From Octopus vulgaris (lineage: Eukaryota), in NCBI GenBank assembly GCA_951406725.2, contig OX597823.1, forward strand, positions 89,032,001-89,096,000: 64,000 nucleotides of DNA, given 5' to 3'. The notes beneath the pieces were generated by a model. That model had not been told where the DNA came from. It did no database searches and saw only the letters and a list, made by a program, of their open reading frames with translations. Below, in pieces: positions 24,906 to 38,340 of the stretch. A program made the translations under genes and the position numbers. Position 1 is the stretch's first letter. The number at the start of each line of letters is the position of its first letter.

Positions 24906-24934
24906 CAGACGCGTCCACCATACACATTCTTTCA

Positions 24935-24936
<2 letters not shown>

Positions 24937-24986
<50 letters not shown>

Positions 24987-26011
24987 CTGAGAATGTGTGT
25001 ATGTGTGTGTGTTTCCCTAAAACGTGAGAACTACACAACCAATTTCATTCAAATTTTACACATGCCTTACTTAGAGTCAAAAACAAATAGAGTCAAAAAC
25101 ATGGGCAAAAACAAATGTTCAACTTCTTGCCTAGTGCGAGCCCATAGCAATATCATATTTTCTCCACTATTTCAGTATTACGAGTTAAAAGTGACACAAA
25201 AACATTTCTCTATTTTATGTCAGATACTTTCACTTTGACAATAAAAATAATAATAACAATTGAATTATATGTTGTAAGTAATAATTAAAATCAAACTAAA
25301 GTATAATATAATCGTAACATAACAAAAGTAAAAATAGCAATTGGTATAAAATTGCATCAATGACTTGAACTTGAATAAGTGGTTTCACATGAATGGGAAT
25401 AAATTAAAAATAAAATTAGCGTGCAGAAATGGACTAGTCCAGATGGATAATAAAACATTAAATTAAAGAAAAGACTATTGTCTATAAAGTATACAATGTA
25501 GAGAAAAAAGAAGATTTGAACACCTAGAGGAAAGCACCATCGAAAGTGTCTTGGTGCGACTATGAAAGATATCTAACCAGAGGCGGTAAATTCGCCACAA
25601 TAGAAGCAAGGTTCGAGTCAACGGAGTGTGCAAGGGAGTACTCGACTCGAACTTGCAAAGTGGAAATATTTTATTTTTACCTTTATATCTGGGACGTAGG
25701 ACGTGACGGATAAAAAATTAAAATGTCCCCATCCCCTAGAAGTTGAGGTAGGCTGGATTGTAGCCACACTTCTATACAAGAGGGAGGACAAGATACAATT
25801 GATCGAAATTGCAAGAGACGGGCTTACAATTCCAGTCTGTTATATATTTTAAGTATTGTTATCACTAGCGATATCAAGATATAACTTTGTATTTTGTATT
25901 TTATGCGTAGATGTATATATATATATATGTACATGTAATATGTACGCATATATATTCACATATATACATGCACTAACACTATGACCCGGCAACGACGGGT
26001 CATAATACTAG
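24937..26011 (+). mobile_element. Non-autonomous Helitron-like element
   Basis: 3' hairpin TATGACCCG-gcaacga-CGGGTCATA (25980-26004), then CTAG (26008-26011) and T. 5' part TATATA..AACTGAGAATGTGTGT is repeated right after the 3' end. Confidence 0.75.
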
Positions 26012-26290
26012 TATATATATATAAAACTGAGAATGTGTGTCTGTCTGTCTGCCTGTGTGTTTCCCTAAAACTTGAGAACTACACAACCAATTTCATTCAA
26101 ATTTTACACATGCCTTACTTAAGGTCCGGGGAGTGTCATCGGCCAAAAAATTCGTAACATTTTCCCTAGGGCGACCCCACAGCAATATCATATCTTCTCC
26201 ACTATTTCAGTATTACGTGTTAAAAGTGAAACAAAAACATCTCTCTTTTGTAATGCAGACACTTTCATTTTAATACTGAAACTATTAAAG
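26012..26290 (+). mobile_element. Second, 3'-truncated copy of the same Helitron-like element
   Basis: About 250 bp similar to 24980-25240 (gtttccctaaaac.tgagaactacacaaccaatttcattcaaattttacacatgccttactta...ctccactatttcagtattacg). Confidence 0.75.
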
Positions 26291-26506
26291 TGAGAGTATT
26301 ATATATCAGGGATGACCCATTAACAACGGTCATCTATTCTGCTAGAAGATCCGCTATGGTCTTATATGTTACGCCACTGGTTTTCAATTCATATTAATCA
26401 AATTAATATTTGAGTACCAGTTAGAATTTTCCTCAGGTCAAGTAACCCATCCCGCTCAAAAGGTCCCCGAATAAGGGGTGTTTAAAGATGTTTATTATTA
26501 TTATTA

Positions 26507-26564
<58 letters not shown>

Positions 26565-26566
<2 letters not shown>

Positions 26567-27300
26567 TATGTTTGACTTTTGCTTTATATTTGTTGGCTCC
26601 AAGTCTCACCAGAGACCTCAAGAGACCACAGGCTGGAAGTTCATGTTTGTGTTATGTCTAGTGTGCGATATATTTGGTTTTGTATTTAGTGTTGTACTAG
26701 TGAATGTCTAAAAAAAAAAACATACGAGAATTATGTTTGTTTTAAAACTTGAGATTACATAGAAAGTATTTTGCGTAGGATATGAGCAGTTCCCATGAGC
26801 ACTATCTTTTGAATTTCTGCCATTTTGGGGTTTCCTGGTATCTGAGTTAGGTAGCAATCAGCCCCTTTTGCTATCATTCCCAGGGCACCTATGACAACAG
26901 GTATTGTTTTAGTCTTCAGGTTCCACATTTTGCTGATTTCTATTTCAAGATCTTTATATTTGCTCAGTTTTTGGTAGGTCTTGACAGATACGTTCATATC
27001 GATTGGGACAGTCATATGAATGAGGAGGCATGTTCTTTGTCTGAAGTCTTTCAATATGATGTCTGGCCTATTTGCATCTATCTTTCTGTCAGTTTGAATG
27101 GTAAAGTTTCAGAAGAGTGAGATGTGGTCATTTTCAAGCACTGGAGGTGGTTTGTGTTCCCACCAGAATGTTTCATGGGGCAAATCCAGGTTTTTGCAAA
27201 TTACCCAGTGAATATATTGTGCAGCTCTATCATGCCTGTTGAGCTACTCTGTAGGCGCTAGAAGACTGCACTTGGAGACATGATCAATGGCTTCATTTTG
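26565..27300 (-). mobile_element. Dong/R4-type non-LTR retrotransposon 3' end (RLE domain plus 3' UTR)
   Basis: NRPDIILKDFRQRTCLLIHMTVP...KLSKYKDLEIEISKMWNLKTKTIPVVIGALG...GTAHILRKIL*. The 3' end runs into (TAA)n at 26492-26564. Confidence 0.9.
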
Positions 27301-27381
27301 TTATTGTGGAGACAACATGCTCAATTTATTATTATTATTATCATTATTATTCGGGCTAAAACATTTTAAAGGATTTTAAGG

Positions 27382-27414
<33 letters not shown>

Positions 27415-27417
<3 letters not shown>

Positions 27418-27899
27418 TAGTTTTATTTTCATATCGTGCTTTCACTTCACTACCGAGCACAGCTCTGTGGGCCTTGGGTATGTGCTGTGGTTCATTGTGA
27501 TGCTCTTATGATTACTGTATTGAGAGTGTTTTATGTAGGATTTGTGCAGTGCTTAGTAGTGCTATTTTCTGTATGTTATATATACTTGTAGGTCCTGCTG
27601 TCTTTGTTATGTATTTGTCTGAATATTTTTTATTATACCTTTTGCGCCTACTATGACAGGACTTGTTTCTGCTTTTAGATTCCACATTCTGGTTACCTTT
27701 ATTTCCAGGTCTTTGTGTTTTGAAAGTTTCTCCATTTCCTTTAGAGACACATTGTCATCTGCTGGTATTGATACATCAATTAGAAAGCATTTTTTTCTGC
27801 ATGATCTCTGACAACTATATCTGGCTATTGGCCTTAATTTCTCTATGTGTGTGTATTGGCATATCCCAAACTATGGTTGGTGTCTCGTTTTCTGTGACC

Positions 27900-27900
<1 letters not shown>
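27415..27900 (-). mobile_element. Second Dong/R4-type family, 3' end
   Basis: KVTENETPTIVWDMPIHTHREIKAN..PDIV..CFLIDVSIPADDNVSLKEMEKLSKHKDLEI...MWNLK...ILHKTL. (TAA)n tracts on both sides. Confidence 0.88.
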
Positions 27901-27971
<71 letters not shown>

Positions 27972-28126
27972 CAGCAGCAGCAACAGAGTCACCGTTATCT
28001 GAATCATCATTCGATGATGATGATCATGATCATTACTATCGTCTTAAACATTTACCTCTTCCACCATGTTTGCTGTTGATAGTTTTCTCTTTTGTTGCTC
28101 ATATTCGCCATATTAGCAGCTATTGT

Positions 28127-28160
<34 letters not shown>

Positions 28161-28547
28161 ACTCGTGCTGTTACAGTTGCTGCCAGAACTATGAGTAAAA
28201 CTATAAGAGTCCTCGTCGTCATCTTCCTCATCACCATATTGAACACGGAGGTAATGATGCTGATGAGGATGATGGCACTAAGAAAATAATGGTGGTACTG
28301 ATGATGCAAAAGGAGGTGGATGATGATAATGACGATAATTCTGTGTAATTGTACTTTCACAGATGTTATATGCACACACACACACCTACACATACACACA
28401 CATATATATACATATATATATGTGTATATGCACACACACACACACGCATACATATACAAATAATGTGTGTGTAAGTAGCGTGTGTGTGTGTATATATATA
28501 TATATATTATATATATATGCTTGTATATGCGTGTGTGCACGTGTGTG

Positions 28548-28579
<32 letters not shown>

Positions 28580-29700
28580 CTTGTATATGTGTGTGTGCAC
28601 GTGTGTGTATGTATATATGTATATATATATATATATATATATGTATCTCTCTTTCTCTCTCTCTATATATATATAAATATATATATGTCCCTATATATAT
28701 ATATATACATATGTATATATATATATACACATACACGCACACGTGCACACACACACGCACACACACACACACCCAAAACACACATGTATATATATCATAA
28801 TCTAATGTTTTTTGAGCACTTTGTTACAGTTTTCGTTTTCCTCTTGTTAGTGTCTTTTTTCTTCTTGATCTCATTATTGTTCCGTTGCTTCTGTTCTTTT
28901 TGTTGTCGTCGGTTGTTGTTGTTGTTGTTGCGTTCAGTAATTTTGTTCTAGTTCTGTAATTTTTTTTATTATTCCTGTTGTTGTTGCTGTTGTTTGTAGT
29001 ACTGGTGGAGGTGGAAGTGGAGCTGATTGTGCTGTTGACTGCGATGGTGGAGTGATTTTTATATCTGTCTATTGTAATGTTTGTAGTTAACGTAGTCTTT
29101 GAAGGAGAAAATGATGTTGAAAAGTAAGAAAATATAACGAATAAAATAAATGCATCGAAAAGACTTGCAAAGAAAATTGACTCAACAACAGCAAAAATAG
29201 CGACTGCAGTCATATCAACAGCAACAATAAGAAAGCATAGTGATGATGATGATTATGATGCTGATGACGATGATGATGACAACGATGATGATGATGACGA
29301 CGACGACGACGACGATGATGATGATGATGATGATGATGGCGGTGGTGCTGGTGATGGTGGTGCTGGTGGTGCTGGTGGTGGTACTGGTGGTGGTGCTGGT
29401 GGTGGTGGTGTTGGTGGTGGTGGTGGTGGTGGTGGCGATGGTGGTGGCGATGGTGGTGGTGATGATGATGACAATGATGATGAGGATAAGGAGAAGGAGG
29501 GAGCGGACGGAGCGGAGGATGGTGTTGCTGGTGATGATGACTGGTTATGACGGTGGTGGTGATGATGATGATGATGATGACGATGATGATAATGATGATG
29601 ATGACAGCCTTGCTGTTGCTGTTGGTGCTGGTGCTGGTGGTGATGCTGATGATCATATCGGTGACGATGATGACGATGATGACGATGATAAAACAACGAT
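27900..29700. repeat. Mosaic of (TAT)n, (GCT)n, (TA)n/(CA)n, (GTT)n, (GAT)n and (GGT)n microsatellites
   Basis: Direct inspection; source of the poly-Y/L/A/H/P pseudo-ORFs. Confidence 0.9.
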
Positions 29701-30029
29701 GAGGCAAGATTTAATGAAAGACAGATAAGTTTTTAATAAAAGTTTGAATGAATGAAATGATGAAATTGAAGATCAAAAGAGAAGACAAATTTTAAAGAAA
29801 AATAATGGAATTTGTCGATAACTTATTTTAAAACGATGCAGTTTTGTTTTTATTTCTGCAAATTTTCTTCATTTCTTTTCTTTCAGCTTTTTGTAGTTGA
29901 TGTTGTTTTTATAGAAAATGAACAATCTTATGATAAAAATAAAACGGACGACTGATGTTCAGAATGTTTCTTCTGTCTAAAGCCTCTCATTTACTGTGTT
30001 TTACAGAAAAATATCATATTGATTTTTAT

Positions 30030-30260
30030 CTTTGGCACAAAGCATCGAATTTGTAAGAAACTGACATAGTTTATTGGCCTTTGTCTCCAGGATCTTACTG
30101 GTATCATATATGTCGCTTTCACATTTTGGAACGTTATTATATCAAAAGGACGAAAAGCAAAGTTGACTTCACCTGGATCTGAACTCAGGACGTAAAGACA
30201 AATGAAATGCTGCTAAAGAGTTTCCCCCCGGGTGCTAATGATTCCGCCAGCTCACCACGA
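30030..30260 (-). mobile_element. SINE family A
   Basis: aaaggacgaaaagcaaagttgac...gaactcaggacgtaaagac...tgattccgccagctcacc. Confidence 0.75.
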
Positions 30261-30299
30261 TATATATAAGCGTTAAGTAAAGAAATATTACGTGAGGCA

Positions 30300-30760
30300 G
30301 TTTATTAGATGGACGCAAGTATAACTTTGTAGTTTCAGGTTCACGTCCATGTCATTTCTGATTCACTTCCACGGTGCAGTACCTTGGTCAACTACTACTA
30401 CTTCCGGGCTTTGTGAGTGAATTTGTTTCGCGGAAACAGTGTGGATGCTCGTCCTATATAAGCGCATGCACACACAGGCGAAGCTGTACCTCAGCAGGGC
30501 CACAGACCCCGGTTGAAACCGATAGTAGAATAATAAAACAGATATATATGTATGCCTTTGTGTTTGTGCCAGTCGCCCTGCACCGTTTATTAAGCGATGG
30601 TGATTTGTCTACGCCCCACTAAATTACGGAGGAAGAAACCTATAGAATAATTACTGGACTCAAAAAATAAATTCTGGAATCGTGTTGTTTTCAACTAAGC
30701 TCTCCAACGCGGTGTCGAAACATAGTTGCAGTTCAATGACCAGCACAAGTTAACGATGAG
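30300..30760 (+). mobile_element. Degenerate SINE family B
   Basis: caggttca...accttggtcaa...ctttgtgagtgaattt...gcagttcaatgacc..acaagt. Confidence 0.55.
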
Positions 30761-30879
30761 TGATAATAGATATGCCTAAAAATATGAAAAGTGCCATGTC
30801 TGTAGCTTTCGTGGTCTATCAGTAATGTTCCTGATCTACTGCTGTAGATCTATATCGGCTCTATCAGGGCTTAGCTGAA

Positions 30880-31345
30880 GTTAAGCTATACCAGGAACCC
30901 TGTATCCATAAGAATCCAACGGGAGCGTTGCTATGATAGTGCCTGATCTGCTAGAAGTAGGAAGTAAATCTCTAACTAGCATAGCCTACAATTTAGAAGG
31001 AAGAACGTTGGACTATTTAGTCGTAAATATACATTATTTGATAACAGGACAGGATGTTCATGGATGGAACTTCTTGATTATATGTATGACAGAATAGGGT
31101 TGAGAGCGTACCAAATGACTAAAGCCTCACTTGAATTATAGGACTCAATATACAAATACCAGATGGCCATTCGACCTGTTAGAAATAGTAGCCAAATCGA
31201 TATTACTGTGTGCCATGCTGTCTGAAAAAGCGAAAGAGGTATACTTTGGTTAATGTATTCCTAGAGACACTATGAATAAATAACAAGTTATAACTGCCGA
31301 AGGAGTCGTTCGATCATATATGTGCTTGATCGGAGCTGAAGAGAC
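30880..31345 (+). repeat. Two tandem copies of an unclassified interspersed repeat
   Basis: ga(t/c)ctg.tagaa.tag.ag..aaatc...(g/t)gaa...tgat(c/t)ata motif seen twice. Related pieces lie near 54100-54290. Confidence 0.5.
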
Positions 31346-32654
31346 ATAAATAAGGATAAAAACTTAACTCAGAATGATATTAAGCCAGAACATAAATAAT
31401 TCACTTCAAATTTGAACACGCAAAAGTATTTTGTTGAAATAAGTATTGACTACAATAATGAACACCAGGATACTACTGGTAATAATTATACAACTCCGAA
31501 AGTATCAATCGCAAAATTCACAGCGATAAGTCTGGAGATGAGGACGTGACGAAGCAAAACTAGATATTATATGGCACTTTGTTCACAGCAAAACTGGATA
31601 CTATATGGCGCTTTGTTCACCGCTGCCGCTCAGCTGAATCTGGCAATCCACTTTGACGTGAGTGTATATAACCAGTAAAAAACAAAATCTACGTGTATAT
31701 CAGAGACATGTTTGCTTCATATATATTACGAATAGAAAGTATGAAACATCCATGACTAATCATTTCTTATGAATGCCTGTCTTCAGAAATAATAGAGTTT
31801 TGACCTTTTGTTTAGTCAGGATTTGAGCAGTAAGCCCAAAACTGTGGGAAGAAACCATTTGAAAGGTTGCTGGTGTTGTTACTAATACTCACGATGGCAC
31901 AGGAGTAACAAATCTAGAACTGATACTTGGATTGAATATGCAGTTGTCGTAGGAAATCTGGGAGTCGGAAAATCCAAACTTGGTTTTACATGTGTAACAC
32001 AAAGGGATACAAAATGATGTAATAGGCGAAAACAGAGCGAGTAACCAATGCAAGTCAGAGAATTGATATGCCCAATGATTGCGGAATTCCCGGAAGACAA
32101 TGTATCAAAACATTGTGTTATATCCAAACATGTGACTTAGTCAGAACGATCGCAATGTTGTATATTCTGGTATGAGACGGCATGACGTTAATGTTTTAAA
32201 AAAGAGAGAACTCGGAAAAAATCTTGTAAGCAGGTATTAGCATAGCCTGAATTCGGTGCATAGATTAGTGTTGTATGTTGAAGACTGTAAAACTTTACAA
32301 CATGTATCTACCCAACGAGTTCTTGCCATAGGCTAAACCACGACCATAGCAATAACGATTTGCAGCCAACAAGGAAGCGTCTGTGTTGCAGATCAATTTA
32401 CAAGAAATATCAATAGAAATTCCTTCAAATCACACTCTGCTGTTTTGCTTTTATTTTCATTTTTAAATACGGTAGTTGCTTTAGACGGCGTAAAACTGTG
32501 CATTTTGTTTTGAAAACAATGCAGACAATCAGAGTGTGAGGAACGTATGGTTAATCAGCATTAAGACACACCTCTAATGCGTCTCCATTCTCATCTCACA
32601 CCACAAACAGATGGTGCAAGTACTTCTGATGTCTTGTATTTATTCAGTATGTGA

Positions 32655-32995
32655 AGACTCACACACGCACACAATCACACACATACACATTCACACACAC
32701 ACATGCATACACGCGCGCGCGACACACACGCGCGCGACACACACGCGCACACACGTACACATGCACACACAACAAGCACGTACACACATAGGCAGGAGAA
32801 CAAACAGAGATAGACGTTTATATGTGTATGCAAATATATATATACATATATTTTGTGAATGTATGTATGTATGTATGTATGTATGTATATATATATATAT
32901 ATATACGTATGTATTTGCATATACACATGTATAAAAATATGCATAGATATATGTGTGTGTTTTTCTGTGTATGTATGGTGTGTACATAGATTCCA

Positions 32996-33057
<62 letters not shown>

Positions 33058-33579
33058 CTTTGTTCACCGATATTTCCCTCAAGTTGAAATGGATTATCTT
33101 TTTACAGCATCCTACTTAATCAATGAAGCAAGCTTTACACTTCTTGTCACGTATAACTACTTAACCCGTGAGTTGAGTGAAACCTAGCTTCTCTCATCTT
33201 ATTGCAATCCACAGGAAAAAGTTTCAAGTTAAGCCAAAACAAATATATATATATATATATATATATAGAAAAGAAAATAGAATTATTTTACACAGGAAAT
33301 TCCAGGAAAATAAAACCGATGCCTGGTACAAAAAAAGAACTGTGATTTACAATAGTAAGTGAATAGGATCAATTAAACTGCTAAAATACACTGGACTTAT
33401 TTCCTATGATATTCGTGACTCTGCATGCTTAGACGATTCGTGGTCGCTATGTAGATGTAGAATATAAGGAAAACGAATCCCTTGAAATAACATACATATA
33501 CACACACTCACACACATGTACGCATGCGTGTATATATATATATTTACATACACACACACACATATATATGCATACATAC

Positions 33580-33661
<82 letters not shown>

Positions 33662-34260
33662 AGACATATATATATATATTTGCATACATATATATATGTA
33701 TGTATACATGCACAATCATATGTACTTATACACATGAACAAATATGTTTGTGTGTGTGCGTGCGTGTGCGCACGTGTGTATGTGTGCGTAGTTGAAATGA
33801 TAAATAGATCTTTTTCTTGAAAGAATGTGACGAAGGCTACAAGTAAGAAAAATCTCAGTGCACATAACACTAACAGATAAACAGACAAACACAAACATAC
33901 ACACACAAACTTCCATGCACACATTCGTACAAACATACACACGCACACACATGTTCTTTTGTACCCGGTTGTAGAACTGTCTCAAAAGTATGTAAGTATC
34001 TTGTCAAAGAACCAATAGACGTGTTTACTAACATATTTCTGTAGTTGCGATGTTCTTGATATGTGAGAAAGAAAAAACAGAAAAAGTGGTAGAGAGTTAG
34101 ACATACATACACTAAGAGAGAGAGAGAGAGAGTGTGTGTGTGTGTATGTGTGTGAGTGTGTGTGTATGTGTGTGTGTATGAGAAGGACACATACAGACTA
34201 AGAGAGAAAGAAAAAGAAGTGAGCGTTAGACAGACAAATAGACAGACCGGTAGACAGATG
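32655..34260. repeat. (CA)n/(TA)n/(TG)n/(GA)n low-complexity region
   Basis: Direct inspection. Confidence 0.85.
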
Positions 34261-34971
34261 GAGAAAGAGAAAGTCTATAATAGACTTTATTGGAAGCTAA
34301 AAATGATCAATCCTCCGAGTTTCACGTTTGCGATCTTCAGACGAAAAGGTTGAAGAATTTTCTGAAGATATTTAAGGTCAATTCTGAAACTCAATCAATT
34401 AAAGCTAACATGAAACACCGATTATGTTAGATTAGCCCACATCTTGGCTTTAGGAACATGTTATTTTGTTGCATGAATCGTGCGGTAGTTATTGTAAGTA
34501 TGGAAAAGATAAAATATAGAAATTGTAGAAAAGGCGGAGAAAGAAGTTCATACTGAGAAGAAAACAGGGAAGAAAGGAAGAGGAGGGTAAGTGTGAGTAC
34601 AAAGAAAGGACGGACAATGTTGATAAAGAAGAGCGAAGTGGAAGAAAATGAGGGGACATACAATAGAGATAGGAAAGTTGAGAAACGATTATACTAGAAA
34701 CCCGGAAATGCACGGAGAAAGATGGAGTATAGCATAGATTGGGAAAATAAATGAGGCGTAGGCATATTAAAATATATTTCTGAAAATATAAAAGAGATCA
34801 AAGCATACATATACAATCATATATACATACATTTTTGTGTTTGTGTGTGCGCGCGCACGATGTTCATTCAAGAACATTTGAGACCTTTTTAGAAGCAGTT
34901 ATAACTGTCCTGCATTATTGTAATTTTAGTATATCATTAATATATATCTAATTATCTGAACACTTTTTTTT

Positions 34972-35360
34972 TACTCTTTTTACTTGTTTCAGTCATTTGA
35001 TTGCGGCATGCTGGAACACCGCCTTTAGTCGAGCAAATCGACCCCCGGGACTTATTTTTGTAAGCCCAGTACTTATTCTATCGGTCTCTTTTGACGAACC
35101 TCTAAGTGACGGGGACGCAAACACACCAGCATCGGTTGTCAAGCGATGTTGGGGGCGACAAACACAGACACACATACATATATATATACATATATACGAC
35201 AGGCTTCTTTTAGTTTCTGTCTACCAAATCCACTCACAAGGCATTGGTCGGCCCGAAGCTATAGCAGAAGACACTTGCCCAAGATGCCACGCAGTGGGAC
35301 TGAACCCGGAACCATGTGGTTGGTAAGCAAGCTACTTACCACACAGCCACTCCTGCGCCT
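34972..35360 (-). mobile_element. Full-length tRNA-derived CORE-type SINE family B
   Basis: Reverse complement of 39723-40132 with high similarity: A/B boxes, ggca(t/c)cttgggcaagtgtc CORE-like block, internal (TA)/(TG) and tail gactgaaacaagtaaaa. Confidence 0.92.
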
Positions 35361-35454
35361 ATGTTATACATTAGTTATACAAGACTGAAAGAGACAGCTG
35401 TAACAGCATTTTGCACATACTATATCAAACACAATTGGTCACAGCTGACTACTT

Positions 35455-35885
35455 AGCAGAATGCAGTCGGGTTGTTTGGAAGCTCGCTATGCAATGAAGG
35501 TTTGTATTAAACTGAGAAAAGACGCTACAGATTTATGAAATGCTCCTGACGGCTTATGGATTAAAATTTTCGGCGGCACAAGAGATTCGAGGACGGTAGA
35601 GACGAGCGGTTTAGCCGATGAGAGATATGGGAAGGAGATGGACGTCAGAGCATCAGAGCTGGTTGAGAAAATTGGTAATTTTCTAGATAAAGACTAGCGT
35701 GTGTCTATAAAGAAAAGAAAGAAACAGTTTGGAGCTGGTGTGTCAAATGTACAAATTTGAGCAAATGTTGTTCCTAGGGTGCTCAGTCACATGCATCCTA
35801 GCAACCAACTACTTGACAGAGATTGGCATCAAAACATTTTCTCCCCTCTCTACAGTCCAGGTCTTACCCCTTGTGACTTTTGGCA
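35455..35885 (+). mobile_element. Mariner transposase relic (internally deleted)
   Basis: MQSGCLEARYAMKVCIKLRKDAT..YEMLLTAYG..HKRFEDGR (HTH region) and EIGIKT...LYSPGLTPCDF, resembling the mariner YSPDLAPxD motif. Confidence 0.85.
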
Positions 35886-35947
35886 TGTATGTATGTATGT
35901 ATGTATGTATGTATGCTTGTATGTATGTATGTACGTATAGTAGAAAC

Positions 35948-36172
35948 AAGGCGGCGAGTTGGCAGAAACGTTTGCACGCCGGGCGAAATGCTTGCGGTAT
36001 TTCATCTGCTATTACGTTCCGAGTTCAAATTCCACCAAGGTCGACTTTGCCTTTCATCCTTTCGAGGTCGATAAATAAAGTACCAGTTACGCACTGGGGT
36101 CGATGTAGTTGACTTAATCCCTTTGTCTGTCTTTGTCCCCTCTATGTTTAGCCCCTTGTGGGCAATAAAAAA
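35948..36172 (+). mobile_element. Young SINE family A copy with L1/Tx1-like tail and TSD
   Basis: Near-identical to 16251-16480. TSD GTATAGTAGAAAC at 35935-35947 and 36176-36188. Confidence 0.92.
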
Positions 36173-36789
36173 TATGTATAGTAGAAACTTATCAGTCTTA
36201 GCTTGTGTTATCATTTTTTGAATTAGATGTTGTACAATTTCGACCAGAAATGATTTCTTCATAGCTAGATATTCTAGCATTTATTTCTATTTTAAAGAAA
36301 ATTTAGGTTTTTCTCCCTTTTGCAGATTGGTATTATGTTCGAATTGATGAAACAAAAAACAAAACACCACAAAGTTACAACTACAAAGGAATACAGTTAA
36401 ATATATTTTGGTGATTACAGGGAAATATATAGCATAACATGACAACGACTATGCACGAATGCCCAGTAGACTGAAGCTAGTTTTGTAGCTTTTAATTGGT
36501 CTGGTTATACAGTACACATTGCATGACTTTATTGCAGCTTTATTAATTGGTAAGAAGTATATGCTACTAATTTCCCACGTTTACAAATCTGACTTTCCCT
36601 CAATGAATATTTCAGATATGATCTCAAAGCAATTCCATCGTGCCGTATTACTAATATATTAACAATTTCTTCACTAAAATGGTCACAATTCAATTCATGT
36701 GGTTTTAGGATTTTTATTTTTTATATTTCTTGTGTGCGAATATTAGTCTGTGTATGTGTGTGTGTGTGTATATGTGTGTGTGCGTGTAT

Positions 36790-36834
<45 letters not shown>

Positions 36835-37149
36835 CGTCCGCGCATGTGTGTGGACACTTTTTGTCATACGGTAAGTTCGTGCAATCATATACTAACAATA
36901 ACTTTTGTACAAAAATGCAGTAACACTAACTCTATCACACATCATATATATGCATACACACATACACACGTAAATAGATAGACATGCAGACCGGCAGGCA
37001 AGCAGACAGGTAGACAGCCAGACAGGCAGGCAGGCAGACAGAGGGACAGGCAATAAGACAGACATGGACAAATATATTATATATATCTTCTTATCTTCTA
37101 TATATGTGTTTGTGTGTACGTGTGTGTGTGCGTGCGTCTGTGAGTGTAA

Positions 37150-37625
37150 ATAGTCGTGTCACTCTCGAGCGATACGGGTAACATTTAACCCAGTACTTGT
37201 TGCATGGTCAGGTCGTCGAGGACTAAATCGGCAACCCCACCAAGCTTGCTTGTTGAAAAGGGTGATTTAGTGGAGACCTTGTGGGACGAAAAGCAAAGCT
37301 CGTCAAAAGGTGGAGGGACAGAAGAGAATCAACGCCGATTCGATGCTGTGCGTAGCTGGCTGGCTGGCTGGCTGGATACCGGGAAAATATGCTACGAGAC
37401 GCATATATTCTTGGGTTGTTCTCTGCAAGTACAAAAGGATCACTGTGTGTGAGGAACTCCTGGTCTTCCATCTATGAGTAGTCTAACACGTATATGAAAC
37501 CCACTGCACTGCTCAGGCGGATACCTTGCACATGGCGGCACATCTCTAGGTTTCCTGATATTGTTGAGAGGGAGTTAGTGTAGAGTTGTGAAACACAAAC
37601 TCAACTTAAATCGATGGTTATGCTC
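37150..37625. repeat. GC-richer interspersed repeat, possibly a LINE (RTE-type) 5' UTR
   Basis: Sharp composition shift between microsatellites, no coding signal. The family assignment is my recognition only. Confidence 0.35.
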
Positions 37626-38190
37626 TTCTAACTAGACAGCCAATACGTATAAACATACATAGATGTGTGTGTGTTTCTTATGTATGTATATACAAATATC
37701 TATCTATGCATATATACTTCAACATCGACATATATATGAGTCTCTCTCACACTCTCATACACTCTCTATCTCTCTCTTGCTCTCTCTTGCTCTCTCTACA
37801 TACACATACATATATATATATATATATAATGCATGCATATGTATATATTTATATAACTGTTTGTACACACACACACACGCGCACACACACACATATATAT
37901 AAATAAACTATGGTGCGTGGAAATCAAAATTAAATTAGTCGCAGCTACTTTTGATCATTTTAAAGGTAATACCACTAAATTATAGTCATATGTCAAATCT
38001 TAACAAGGAACCTCCTTGTATTTCTCATCGTAACTACCTCATTCATTTTTGTCCTCTGTTAGAATGGTAATTTATCTGACAACCTTCCACTCACATAACA
38101 CTACATGTAAACACATATAAACACATAAACTCATATAAGCACTTACACATACACTAACATGTATATACTTATACATGCATACATGCATAC

Positions 38191-38232
<42 letters not shown>

Positions 38233-38295
38233 ATAGAATATAGATATACATATATATGTAAATATATATATATTATATACATATATATAATATAC

Positions 38296-38340
<45 letters not shown>

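Noticed and set aside
28052-29728. Long ORFs (130-182 aa) rich in His, Pro, Ala, Met, Val or YI repeats
   Set aside because: Translations of di- and trinucleotide microsatellites, open in several frames on both strands. The same applies to the YI/CV/HT ORFs across the window.
31880-32340. Possible L2 LINE relic (LHWL on the minus strand)
   Set aside because: A single short motif with no other supporting residues that I could align.
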